Below are positions 9,674-18,736 of a stretch of 64,000 nucleotides of DNA, in pieces. The stretch lies in contig CDROCS010000506.1 of NCBI GenBank assembly GCA_977020255.1, positions 1,674,001 through 1,738,000 of the forward strand, given 5' to 3'. A program made the translations under genes and the position numbers. The DNA is from Obrimoposthia wandeli (Eukaryota). The notes under the pieces were generated by a model that had not been told where the DNA came from, searched no databases, and saw nothing but the letters and a program-made list of their open reading frames with translations. Each line of letters begins with the position of its first letter. The first letter of the stretch is position 1.

Positions 9674-11014
9674 ATGAAGTTTAATAAAATTCTTCTAGCC
9701 TGCGGTCTGGCATTTTTTGCTCATTCAGCAAGTGCTGATAATTTACAGCAAATATTTGAACAAGCTTTGACCAAAGATCCTCTTTACTTAGAAGCACAAG
9801 CAAACCGTGATGCAGCACTAGAGAAGATTACTGAACAAGAAGCGTCAAACTTACCACAAATTGGCCTAACTGCTGATTTTGGCTATGGTATTACAAGTGA
9901 CTACAAAACTAACTCAACTGCAAATGGCAATGCATTAACTGGCACAGTTGGTATTGGTCTAACGCAGTCATTATATGAAGAAACGAACTTCATCAATGTT
10001 AGCCAAGCAGCGAAACAAGCTGAACAAAGTGAATTAGCTGTTCAAGCAGAGTTACAAAGCCTTATTTTACGTGTATCGAATGCTTACTTTAGCGTATTAA
10101 CCGCTAACGATACCCTAGAATTCTCTAACCGTAATAAAGAAGCGGTAGAGCGTCAACTAGAGCAAACAACACAGCGCTACAATGTAGGTCTAACCGATAA
10201 AACCGACGTATTAGAAGCACAATCAACGTTTGATTTATCAGTAGCAGAAGTAATTAATGCTGAAAATACCCTGGCGAACAGCTATGAGTCACTGACTGAA
10301 ATCACCGGTTTAACGCATACCGATATTTCACCATTGAATACTGACCGCTTTAGCCCTACAGCGCCAAACGGCCAACGTGATAACTGGTTAGACACAGCCA
10401 ACAACCAAAACTTATCAATTCAGATCCAACGTATTGCTAAGCAAATTGCTGAAGGCAATGTTGAGTTAGCGGGTTCTGCGGATAACATGTCATTAAACCT
10501 AGTGGCAAATGCAGGCGCAGCTTACACTGGTTATGGCGATGATTATAATAATGGCGGTGATGGTCTCGAAAGCACTGTTTCTTCTGCTAATGTTGGTATC
10601 GAATTTAACATGCCGCTATACACAGGTGGCGCAGTAACGTCGACAGAGAAACAAGCTGTTTATCAAGTTACCGCAAGCCAAGAGCAATTAACCAAAGCGA
10701 GTCGTGAAGTACAAACGCAAATTCGTACTTATTACAACAATGTAACGGCTGGATTAAGCTCGATTAAAGCGTATGAACAAACAGTTAAATCGTCTGAAAG
10801 TGCACTAGAAGCAACTGAAGCTGGTTTCGGTGTGGGTACGCGTACAATTATCGATGTATTGAATGCAACGAAAACCTTATACCAATCGAAGCAATCATTG
10901 TCAGCATCACGTTATAACTACATCATTAGTATGTTACAGTTAAAACAAGCCGCTGGTACGTTGAACGCTGAAGATATTAATTTAGTGAATGCTGGATTAA
11001 AAGACAACATCTAA
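9674..11014 (+). CDS. tolC: Outer membrane channel TolC
   Basis: 446 aa; signal peptide ...ASA-DNLQQIF, NLPQIGL, GTRTIIDVLNA. Confidence 0.95.
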   Translation: MKFNKILLACGLAFFAHSASADNLQQIFEQALTKDPLYLEAQANRDAALEKITEQEASNLPQIGLTADFGYGITSDYKTNSTANGNALTGTVGIGLTQSLYEETNFINVSQAAKQAEQSELAVQAELQSLILRVSNAYFSVLTANDTLEFSNRNKEAVERQLEQTTQRYNVGLTDKTDVLEAQSTFDLSVAEVINAENTLANSYESLTEITGLTHTDISPLNTDRFSPTAPNGQRDNWLDTANNQNLSIQIQRIAKQIAEGNVELAGSADNMSLNLVANAGAAYTGYGDDYNNGGDGLESTVSSANVGIEFNMPLYTGGAVTSTEKQAVYQVTASQEQLTKASREVQTQIRTYYNNVTAGLSSIKAYEQTVKSSESALEATEAGFGVGTRTIIDVLNATKTLYQSKQSLSASRYNYIISMLQLKQAAGTLNAEDINLVNAGLKDNI

Positions 11015-11033
11015 GCAAAACGTAATACAGAAT

Positions 11034-11063
11034 AAAAAGGCGACCATTTGAGTCGCTTTTTTT
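11034..11063 (+). terminator. Intrinsic terminator after tolC
   Basis: AAAAAGGCGAC-CATTTGA-GTCGCTTTTTTT. Confidence 0.7.
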
Positions 11064-11174
11064 ATAACTGTAATTTGTTATAACGGTCACTTTTATAACA
11101 ATCACAGTCTGTAACAGCAAAGCATCAACCCGTTGAATATAAACTGTATTAATTCGAGCGAACGAGATCTATCC

Positions 11175-12131
11175 ATGTCTGAAAAAAGTAAAAAAGCTAT
11201 CCCCATGGTCACCAAAGAAAGTACTAAATTTCAAGGGCAGTTCCTGCATCCGAGACACTGGCCATTGCTATTTGCCGCCACTTTGCTGTGGTTTATCTCT
11301 TTGTTACCGAACAAGGTGCAAAATGTACTAGGCCGTGGATTAGGCCGCTTGGTAATGAAAATTATCCCTAAGCGCCTGAAAACAGCACAACAGAATTTGG
11401 CTCTGAGTTTTCCAGATAAATCAGCCGATGAGATCAAAGCGCTAGCCAAAGAAAATTTTGAATATACTGGTTTAGCCGTGATTGATACTGCTAATGCTTG
11501 GTTCTGGCCAGATTGGCGTATTAAACAAAATATGGTCATTGAAGGCCAAGAGCATATCGACCAAGCTAAAGCCGATGGTAACGGCATGCTGATCTTAGGA
11601 TCGCATTTTTTATCGCTAGAAATATCAGCACGTATCTTTGGTTTATTACGCCCTGCTTATGCTATCTATCGCCCGAACAAAAATCCATTGATGGAATATT
11701 TACAATGCCGTGGCCGTACCCTGTCAAATAAAGCCTTAATTAACCGCCGAGATATCAAAGGCATGTTACGTGTACTCGATGAAGGTGAGCCATTATGGTA
11801 TGCACCTGATCATGACTACGGCCCACGTCGTAGCGTATTCGTGCCATTTTTTGCGGTAGAGAAAGCCTGCACGATCACAGGCACCACAGTATTTGCCTCG
11901 GGTAAAAATACCAAAACTTACCCGGCATCGTCTTGTCGTTTACCCGATGGTCGTTATAAGTTAACGATCCGTGCGCCAATGGAAAATTTCCCTACTGGTG
12001 ATGAAGTTGAAGATGCTAAACGCTGCAATAAAGAATGTGAGCAATCAATTTTAGAGCAAGTACCGCAATATATGTGGTTGCACCGCCGTTTTAAAACCCG
12101 CCCAGAAGGTGAGCCAAGCTTGTATAAATAA
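11175..12131 (+). CDS. lpxL: Lipid A late acyltransferase (LpxL/LpxP family)
   Basis: FLHPRHWP, catalytic HFLSLE (HX4E), DHDYG, VFVPFF, QYMWLHRRFKTRP; start placed at ATG 11175. Confidence 0.9.
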   Translation: MSEKSKKAIPMVTKESTKFQGQFLHPRHWPLLFAATLLWFISLLPNKVQNVLGRGLGRLVMKIIPKRLKTAQQNLALSFPDKSADEIKALAKENFEYTGLAVIDTANAWFWPDWRIKQNMVIEGQEHIDQAKADGNGMLILGSHFLSLEISARIFGLLRPAYAIYRPNKNPLMEYLQCRGRTLSNKALINRRDIKGMLRVLDEGEPLWYAPDHDYGPRRSVFVPFFAVEKACTITGTTVFASGKNTKTYPASSCRLPDGRYKLTIRAPMENFPTGDEVEDAKRCNKECEQSILEQVPQYMWLHRRFKTRPEGEPSLYK

Positions 12132-12152
12132 GCTGATTAGAGGCTGTTAACC

Positions 12153-12203
12153 AAAAAAGCGCTTGATAAAGGGAACATAATCCCTGCATCAGCGCTTTTT
12201 TTT
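12153..12203. terminator. Bidirectional terminator between lpxL and glnE
   Basis: AAAAAAGCGCT...AGCGCTTTTTTTT between convergent genes. Confidence 0.75.
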
Positions 12204-12229
12204 GTATTTTTTATTATAAAAAGGGAGGA

Positions 12230-15106
12230 TTACTCCACAGCAAATAACTGCTGCCAATAGTCTGTCACGATTTTGCGCTGGGCAGTAAATGCAGTATTTG
12301 CGACGATACCCTTTTTACCAAGTAAATTAAGGCGGTGTATCTCATCACGCATTTGGCAATAACTAGCCGTTAAGTTTGACCCCAACTCTTCGCTAATAAG
12401 TCCCTCAGATACACAACGGCTAATAATACGGACATTATCCGGCCACAGCTGGATCTTAGGCATCTCAGCCGCATGATTTAAGACGATATACTGCATCATG
12501 AATTCAATATCAGTAATACCGCCCGCAGACTGTTTAATATCAAATTCATCGGCAGTGGTTTTTAACAAATGATTACGCATTTTCAAACGCATTTCGACCA
12601 CTTGTTTTTGTAATTCAGCGGTATCACGCGGAGTGGCAATAATACTGCGTCTTACCTCACTAAAACGTTTTTGGATCAACTTATCACCATAAACCAAACG
12701 CGTGCGGACAAGTGATTGATGCTCCCACGTCCAAGCCTCTTTGCTCTGATAATCCAAGAATCGCGATACCGGACAAGCCAGCACACCCGAGCTACCAGAC
12801 GGACGTAAGCGCATATCCACTTCATATAAAATACCAGTACTGGTACGGGTACTAAATATATGAATAATACGTTGCGCAAGACGCAGGTAGAACTGACGAC
12901 TATCAATCTGTTTAACGCCATTGGTCATGCCTGCTGTTTCGCAATTATGAATGAACACCAGATCCAAGTCCGAGCCATAACCTAATTCGATACCGCCAAG
13001 TTTACCGTAAGCAACCACAGCAAAGCCTTTCTCACCGGTTTCGACAACGTTGTGTGGCACACCATGTTTCTCTTCCAGTTGTTGCCATGCCAGGTTAACC
13101 ACGTTATCAATCACCGCTTCCGCTAACCAAGTCAGGTGATCACTTACTTTCATTAACGCTAATTCACCAGCAATGTCCGTCGCTGCAATACGCAGTAACT
13201 GAGTTTGCTTAAATTGACGCAAGGCCTCTAATTGCTGTTCATGGTCTTCTTCGGGAATACGCAGCATAAACTGACGCAATTCACTGCGATATTGATGCAG
13301 CGGTGTTGGGTGGTAAAGATGCGATGGTACCAACAATTCATCGAGTAAGATCGGATGCGTCGATAACTGTTTCGCCACCATCGAACTGGCACCACATAAA
13401 CGTAATAATTGCGTTAAGGCTAACTCATTTTCAGCTAACAATTCTAAATACGCAGTACGATTTAAAATCTTCAATAACAGCGCGATAATACGCGGGAGCA
13501 AGGCCACGGGATCATCAGCTTTAAGAATAGAAAATAACAGTTTAGGTAATAACTTTTCGATAGTTTGGCGACCACGTGGTCCCACCGTTTTGCGTTCACA
13601 ATCACTTTTAAAATGAATTAAATCACGCGCAAAAGTTTGTGCGTCTTGCTGGGTTAAACCATATTCTGCAAGTAAGGCTACTGCTTCATCGGCAGATAAC
13701 TCTAAATGCCATAAATCTAACGCTGGCAAAGACTCTTCATGATCATCGTCATCACTACCAATAACCAAGCTAAACTCGGCATTAATCTTGGCCATCACCT
13801 GATTAACCTCAACGTAGAAACTCTCCCAATCAGGATAATCTAATACGCTAATTAAACGGCTACGATCTAAGTCTGACTGCGGCAAGGTTTGCGTTTGTGC
13901 ATCATTAATCTGTTGGAGAATATTTTCTACTTTACGTAAATAACAGTAACTCTCGGTCAGTATCGTATAACTCTCGTTTGAAAGTTCGCCAATTTCCAGC
14001 AATACCTTAAGGGTCGCTAATAACGACTTGATTTGTAACACCGGTTCACGGCCACCACGAATAAGCTGGAAGGTTTGTGCTATAAACTCAACTTCACGAA
14101 TACCACCACTGCCAAGTTTGATATTATCCTTTAAACCTTTGCGGCGTACTTCAGCTTTGATCATGGCTTTCATATTACGCAGTGCATCAATCGCACTAAA
14201 ATCCACATAACGACGATAAATAAACGGACGTAACATCTGCTCTAGTTCAACCCGAGTTTCGGCATTACCACCGAGCGCACGGGCTTTCACCATCGCATAG
14301 CGTTCCCAGTCACGACCTTGGTTCTGGTAATATTCTTCAAACGCATTAAAGCTCATCACTAAGGGGCCTGAATCACCAAATGGGCGCAGACGCATATCAA
14401 CACGATAAGCAAAACCATCAGCAGTGAATTGATGCAAGGCGGCAATTAAACGCTGGCCTAAACGCTGGAAGAATTTTTGATTAGCGACGCTACGGCTTGC
14501 CCCCACAGTCTCACCCGTTTCAGGATAAGTAAAAATCAGGTCAATGTCAGATGAGAAATTCAGCTCTCTACCGCCAAGTTTGCCCATGGCTAAGATCACG
14601 AGTTCTTGCTTGACGCCTTCCTCGTTAACCGGTGTGCCCTGCTCTTTACACTGTAATTGATACAACCAATCTAATGCACCTTCAATCAGGCTATCAGCCA
14701 AATGCGAAGTATGAGCTAAACTTTCTGTTAGTTCGGCAACTTGTAATAACTCTCGCCACGCGATAATACACATATGAAAACGGCGGAATTGTCGCACAGT
14801 ACGTAATAAGCTTGATTCAGAATCACAGGCCGTTAATTGTGCTTTTAAATGACGCGAAACTTCCGCGGTACGTGATGCCTGTAAAAGTAAACCAGACTGC
14901 CAAATATCGGTAAGTAAGCCGGTGTTGTTGATACAACTTTCAGCAATGAAATCACTTAACGAAAATACCCGTTGAGTTTGGGCTATTTGTTCGGTTGATA
15001 ATAATGCTAAATCAGCGCTATTGCGGTCGCACCAACGTTGCCAATACATACTTCCTGTATCCGCTAACACATCAACAATTTGACATTCTGTACTCATAAA
15101 CGACAT
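12230..15106 (-). CDS. glnE: Glutamine synthetase adenylyltransferase/adenylyl-removing enzyme
   Basis: 958 aa; two nucleotidyltransferase domains (MGKLGGRELNFSSDIDL; YGKLGGIELGYGSDLDL), NIKLGSGGIREVEF. Confidence 0.97.
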   Translation of the reverse strand: MSFMSTECQIVDVLADTGSMYWQRWCDRNSADLALLSTEQIAQTQRVFSLSDFIAESCINNTGLLTDIWQSGLLLQASRTAEVSRHLKAQLTACDSESSLLRTVRQFRRFHMCIIAWRELLQVAELTESLAHTSHLADSLIEGALDWLYQLQCKEQGTPVNEEGVKQELVILAMGKLGGRELNFSSDIDLIFTYPETGETVGASRSVANQKFFQRLGQRLIAALHQFTADGFAYRVDMRLRPFGDSGPLVMSFNAFEEYYQNQGRDWERYAMVKARALGGNAETRVELEQMLRPFIYRRYVDFSAIDALRNMKAMIKAEVRRKGLKDNIKLGSGGIREVEFIAQTFQLIRGGREPVLQIKSLLATLKVLLEIGELSNESYTILTESYCYLRKVENILQQINDAQTQTLPQSDLDRSRLISVLDYPDWESFYVEVNQVMAKINAEFSLVIGSDDDDHEESLPALDLWHLELSADEAVALLAEYGLTQQDAQTFARDLIHFKSDCERKTVGPRGRQTIEKLLPKLLFSILKADDPVALLPRIIALLLKILNRTAYLELLAENELALTQLLRLCGASSMVAKQLSTHPILLDELLVPSHLYHPTPLHQYRSELRQFMLRIPEEDHEQQLEALRQFKQTQLLRIAATDIAGELALMKVSDHLTWLAEAVIDNVVNLAWQQLEEKHGVPHNVVETGEKGFAVVAYGKLGGIELGYGSDLDLVFIHNCETAGMTNGVKQIDSRQFYLRLAQRIIHIFSTRTSTGILYEVDMRLRPSGSSGVLACPVSRFLDYQSKEAWTWEHQSLVRTRLVYGDKLIQKRFSEVRRSIIATPRDTAELQKQVVEMRLKMRNHLLKTTADEFDIKQSAGGITDIEFMMQYIVLNHAAEMPKIQLWPDNVRIISRCVSEGLISEELGSNLTASYCQMRDEIHRLNLLGKKGIVANTAFTAQRKIVTDYWQQLFAVE

Positions 15107-15288
15107 CCATATAATTAAGGCGTAAGATCCAATTAATTTAACAATTTATATCAACTGTTTATATCAACAAGGCACATCTAGACAGGCTATGCCTTACATG
15201 CTATTAATTAGCGATATTAATTTATTTAGTAAACTTATCATTAGTAAGCGATTATGGCAGCTAAAATCGTAAAAGAAGGTAACCTTTA

Positions 15289-16185
15289 ATGTCAGTTTTT
15301 GAAACTATCCTATCGTCAGACCTACTGTTGTTTTTAGCAGTCGATCTCATCATCGCCTTAGTACTTTTATCCGCCATGCGATTCTTTACCGGCGCAGTCG
15401 ACAAAATAGATACCATCAATGAATTAGCCACCCGCGACAACTTTGCTTTTGGCATTAGTTTAGCTGGCGCTATTTTTGGCTTAGGCATCGTGCTTTCTGG
15501 GGCGATTTCCGGTGAAAAAGCAGCCACACTGCCCCTCGAAATATTAGGCATTAGTCTGTATGGTCTCGCCGGATTGGTATTAATCAAACTAGGTCGCTGG
15601 TTCCATGATCGGGTATCACTCAATAGACTCGATAAAAATACCGAAATTGCCGAACGTAATGTCGCCGTCGCCATTGTTGATGCTTGCGCCTCTATTGCTA
15701 CGGCTATTATTATTCGCTCAACATTAGTTTGGGCTGAAGACTTAGAATTAATGACCTTTATTGCGATCTTCAGCGGTTTTATCGTTTCCCAAACCATTAT
15801 GCTACTGATGACACGTTACCGTGAACACCGCTATTCACGCGGTAATCTAGGCACCACGATGCAACAAGCGTTTAAAGACAACAATATTGCTGTTGCATTA
15901 CGCCATGGTGGTTATCTTATTGGTGTTGCGATATCCGTAACAATTGCCAGTAACTATATCTATTATGATAGTGCCAATCTGATGATAACATTAGGATCAT
16001 GGATGCTGTTTAGCATGGTCATGCTGACGACCTTTACCGTGCTGGCAATTATTGCTAAAAAAATAATCCTTACTGGCGTGAATATTAATAAAGAAGTAGA
16101 TTTACAAAATAACGTCGGCATCGCAGCGATGGATATGGCCATTAATTTATCAATCGCCTTTATTCTAACTGCATTATTAATTTAA
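15289..16185 (+). CDS. DUF350 family membrane protein (tandem YjfL-like domains)
   Basis: 298 aa, ~8 hydrophobic segments; repeated NFAFGISLAG / NVAVAIV / NIAVALRHGG / NVGIAAM motifs; next to yjfI-like and pspA-like genes. Confidence 0.8.
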   Translation: MSVFETILSSDLLLFLAVDLIIALVLLSAMRFFTGAVDKIDTINELATRDNFAFGISLAGAIFGLGIVLSGAISGEKAATLPLEILGISLYGLAGLVLIKLGRWFHDRVSLNRLDKNTEIAERNVAVAIVDACASIATAIIIRSTLVWAEDLELMTFIAIFSGFIVSQTIMLLMTRYREHRYSRGNLGTTMQQAFKDNNIAVALRHGGYLIGVAISVTIASNYIYYDSANLMITLGSWMLFSMVMLTTFTVLAIIAKKIILTGVNINKEVDLQNNVGIAAMDMAINLSIAFILTALLI

Positions 16186-16321
16186 CCCCTTGCACCTACT
16201 TAAAGGACGCTAAGGTGTTACTTCATTGATGATAATGAACTTTCATGCCGTTTACAGATCAAATAAAGTAACCGGATTGTATATAAGTATTATAAAATAA
16301 TATAAATTAAGCGCTAGCCAC

Positions 16322-16377
16322 TTGACATATTATGTCCTGGGGCTTAAAGTTAATATCACTTAGACATAATATGTCAA
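16322..16377 (+). promoter_or_regulatory. sigma70 promoter TTGACA-17-TAAAGT with two palindromic operators GACATA-W-TATGTC
   Basis: -35 at 16322-16327, -10 at 16345-16350; palindromes at 16324-16336 and 16363-16375. Confidence 0.8.
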
Positions 16378-16388
16378 AAAGGAACAAG

Positions 16389-16802
16389 ATGAACATACAT
16401 AAAATTGCAAATTATCTTAATGATCTTGGCGACAAGTCTGATACTGGTTACAAGTTTGACTGCACCCCTATTTCGGGTGATGTTGATGTACTGCGTGTTG
16501 ACGTTGAAGGTCGTGAAGAAATTCCAATTTTTGTTTCTGTCACTGATGAGCAAATTCTTTGTATTGCTTATTTATGGGGCGAAAACGAAGTTAAAACAGA
16601 AAATCGTGTAGAAATGTTAGAAGCAATGTTAGAGCTTAACATTCCAATGCCATTGTCATCATTCGCTAAAATTGGCGACATGTATGTGGTATACGGCGCA
16701 TTATCAGTGCAATCAACTATTGCCGATGTCGAACACGAATTAGTTGTATTAAGTGATAACAGCCTTGAAGTTATTACTGAATTATCAGATTATTTAGTTT
16801 AG
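16389..16802 (+). CDS. YjfI family protein (DUF2170)
   Basis: EIPIFVSVTDEQILCIAYLW, LNIPMPLSSF, YVVYGALS; start placed at ATG 16389 behind AGGAAC. Confidence 0.82.
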   Translation: MNIHKIANYLNDLGDKSDTGYKFDCTPISGDVDVLRVDVEGREEIPIFVSVTDEQILCIAYLWGENEVKTENRVEMLEAMLELNIPMPLSSFAKIGDMYVVYGALSVQSTIADVEHELVVLSDNSLEVITELSDYLV

Positions 16803-16824
16803 CCCTACTTCTTAGGAGAAGTTT

Positions 16825-17517
16825 ATGAGCATTTTTAAGAAAATAATGACCGCTATCCGCGGCGGCGCCCGTGAAGTAGGCGAAGGTATTGTTGATGCAA
16901 ACTCAATGCGTATCTTTGAACAAGAAATTCGCGATGCAGAAACACACTTAACCAACGCTAAGCGTAATTTAACTGACGTAATGGCGAAGCAAATGCAATC
17001 AAGCCGCGAGCTTGAACGTGTTAAAGCTAACTTAACTGAACACGAAGGTTATGCAGTACAAGCCTTAAATGCCGGTAACGAATCATTGGCATTAGAAGTA
17101 GCTGAAAAAATCGCCCAACTCGAACAAGAAGTTATCGAACAGCAACAAAACCTAGATAGCTTTACTAGCAGCGCAACAAAACTAAAAGATTTAGTGAAGA
17201 AAAGTGAGCGTCAACTAGCTGAACACCAACGTCAATTAACCATGGTTAAGACAACGGACAGTGTACAAAAAGCGACATCAGCAATCACAGATAACTTTAG
17301 CGCAAGCAATTCAAAACTGCTAAGTGCAAAAGATTCACTTGAGCGTATTAAGCAAAAACAACAAGACTTTGATGATCGTATGGTTGCCGCAGATGAACTA
17401 CATGCTGAAGGCAGTGATCAATCACTTAAAGCGAAACTCGCTGAAGCCGGTATTGGCCAACAGCAAAGCAACGCAAACTCAGTACTAGAGCGTTTGAAAG
17501 CCAAGCAAAATAGCTAA
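16825..17517 (+). CDS. PspA/IM30 family protein (YjfJ-like)
   Basis: 230 aa coiled coil; KKIMTAIRGGAREVGEGIVDAN, EQEIRDAE..L, C-terminal SVLERLK. Confidence 0.9.
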   Translation: MSIFKKIMTAIRGGAREVGEGIVDANSMRIFEQEIRDAETHLTNAKRNLTDVMAKQMQSSRELERVKANLTEHEGYAVQALNAGNESLALEVAEKIAQLEQEVIEQQQNLDSFTSSATKLKDLVKKSERQLAEHQRQLTMVKTTDSVQKATSAITDNFSASNSKLLSAKDSLERIKQKQQDFDDRMVAADELHAEGSDQSLKAKLAEAGIGQQQSNANSVLERLKAKQNS

Positions 17518-17563
17518 GTTTAACGACTAATCGCTTTATAAATTAGTTAGTCAGTTAATCCCC

Positions 17564-17603
17564 AATAGGAGCAGTCATCGTGGTAACACGTGCTGTTCCT
17601 ATT
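17564..17603 (+). terminator. Hairpin after the pspA-like gene
   Basis: AATAGGAGCAG...CGTG-GTAA-CACG...CTGTTCCTATT followed by T. Confidence 0.5.
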
Positions 17604-17668
17604 TGTCATTCTGCTAAACCATAATCTTTAATGGTTTAACACTTAAATGGTTTAATACTTTAGGAGCC

Positions 17669-18313
17669 ATGATGAGTTTCTTCAAAAACTTATTTAAAAA
17701 ATCTGCACCAGCAACTCCAACCCGCGAACTCAATCACGTCAGCAAATTAATTCTCGGTGATATTATCGAATTTAGCGACAGTTTCACTTTACCAAGTGAA
17801 GTACGTCAGCAAAAATTTGAAGTGATCGCGATTGAAACATTTGAGTTTGAACACCAACATTACCCACGCTTTAAACTACAAGGCGAGCAACAGACTTATG
17901 TTTGGTTAACATTGCCAGGTCACGACCACAACAATTTCCAACTTAGCCTAGAACTAACCCGTGAAGAAGTATCACAGTTATTCGATTTAGCCTTGTTCGG
18001 TGACGTATTTGAAGCAGGTTTCACGGAATTACCTAGCCAACAGCCGGTTTCATTAGGTGATTGGCATGCTGAGCATTATTACCAGCAGGATATTGCCACG
18101 GTCGGTTATCATCATAGAACAGACTTTAGAACCTCAGCACCTTCGCAATATGCCGATGAAAATCCAGGCCGCCAATTTGAGTTCTATCATTTGCATGATG
18201 CTAAAGAAAATAAACTAATCGATATTATGGTTTATAACACTGGCGATACCGATGTGTACTTGACCGTACAGCTTGGTAATGACAGTATTACAGGATACTG
18301 GCCAATAGCATAA
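17669..18313 (+). CDS. YjfK-like protein (DUF2491/DUF4178-type)
   Basis: 214 aa, MSFFKNLFKK start; position after yjfI/yjfJ-like genes as in the enterobacterial yjfIJK order. Family call rests mainly on context. Confidence 0.6.
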   Translation: MMSFFKNLFKKSAPATPTRELNHVSKLILGDIIEFSDSFTLPSEVRQQKFEVIAIETFEFEHQHYPRFKLQGEQQTYVWLTLPGHDHNNFQLSLELTREEVSQLFDLALFGDVFEAGFTELPSQQPVSLGDWHAEHYYQQDIATVGYHHRTDFRTSAPSQYADENPGRQFEFYHLHDAKENKLIDIMVYNTGDTDVYLTVQLGNDSITGYWPIA

Positions 18314-18336
18314 ACACAGTACAAGGCAGATTGAAG

Positions 18337-18657
18337 ATGGTTAAATCACGTGAATTACCGGAAAAATGGCAGTCATCCCAGAAAGCGATGAAAGCAGTGC
18401 AAGTCGCATTTGATATGGATGAAAAAATCCAATACAAGATCCGTAAAGCGGCACTCGATCATAACTTAAGCCCCTCAGAACAGATCCGAGACATTCTCGG
18501 TTTAAGTGTCAATAAAAGACCTAAAAGACCACGCCTAACAGTTTCATTAAATAATCAAGACTACGTTGAACTCGCTGAAAAATATGGTTTAAAACCAGAA
18601 CAGCAATTAGAAATTAAGAAGTTAGTTATTGAGGACTTGGTTAAGTTCTCTGAATAG
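18337..18657 (+). CDS. Small basic protein, predicted tandem ribbon-helix-helix DNA-binding protein
   Basis: AVQVAFDM-DEKIQYKIRKAALDH-NLS-PSEQIRDIL and RLTVSL-NNQDYVELAEKYGL resemble strand-helix-helix units; CDS supported by codon context, fold is inferred. Confidence 0.6.
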   Translation: MVKSRELPEKWQSSQKAMKAVQVAFDMDEKIQYKIRKAALDHNLSPSEQIRDILGLSVNKRPKRPRLTVSLNNQDYVELAEKYGLKPEQQLEIKKLVIEDLVKFSE

Positions 18658-18666
18658 CCAAGAGCT

Positions 18667-18701
18667 CAGCAATCAGTGACATCACATGCCCCTGATTGCT
18701 G
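18667..18701. terminator. Hairpin between convergent RHH-like gene and ygiF
   Basis: CAGCAATCAG...CTGATTGCTG, 10-bp inverted repeat. Confidence 0.55.
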
Positions 18702-18736
18702 CGTTCTAAGATTCTATCCTCTAAAAGTACTACTTT

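Noticed and set aside
15261-15797. 178-aa minus-strand ORF in the track
   Set aside because: Antisense shadow of the hydrophobic DUF350 gene; no motifs or RBS
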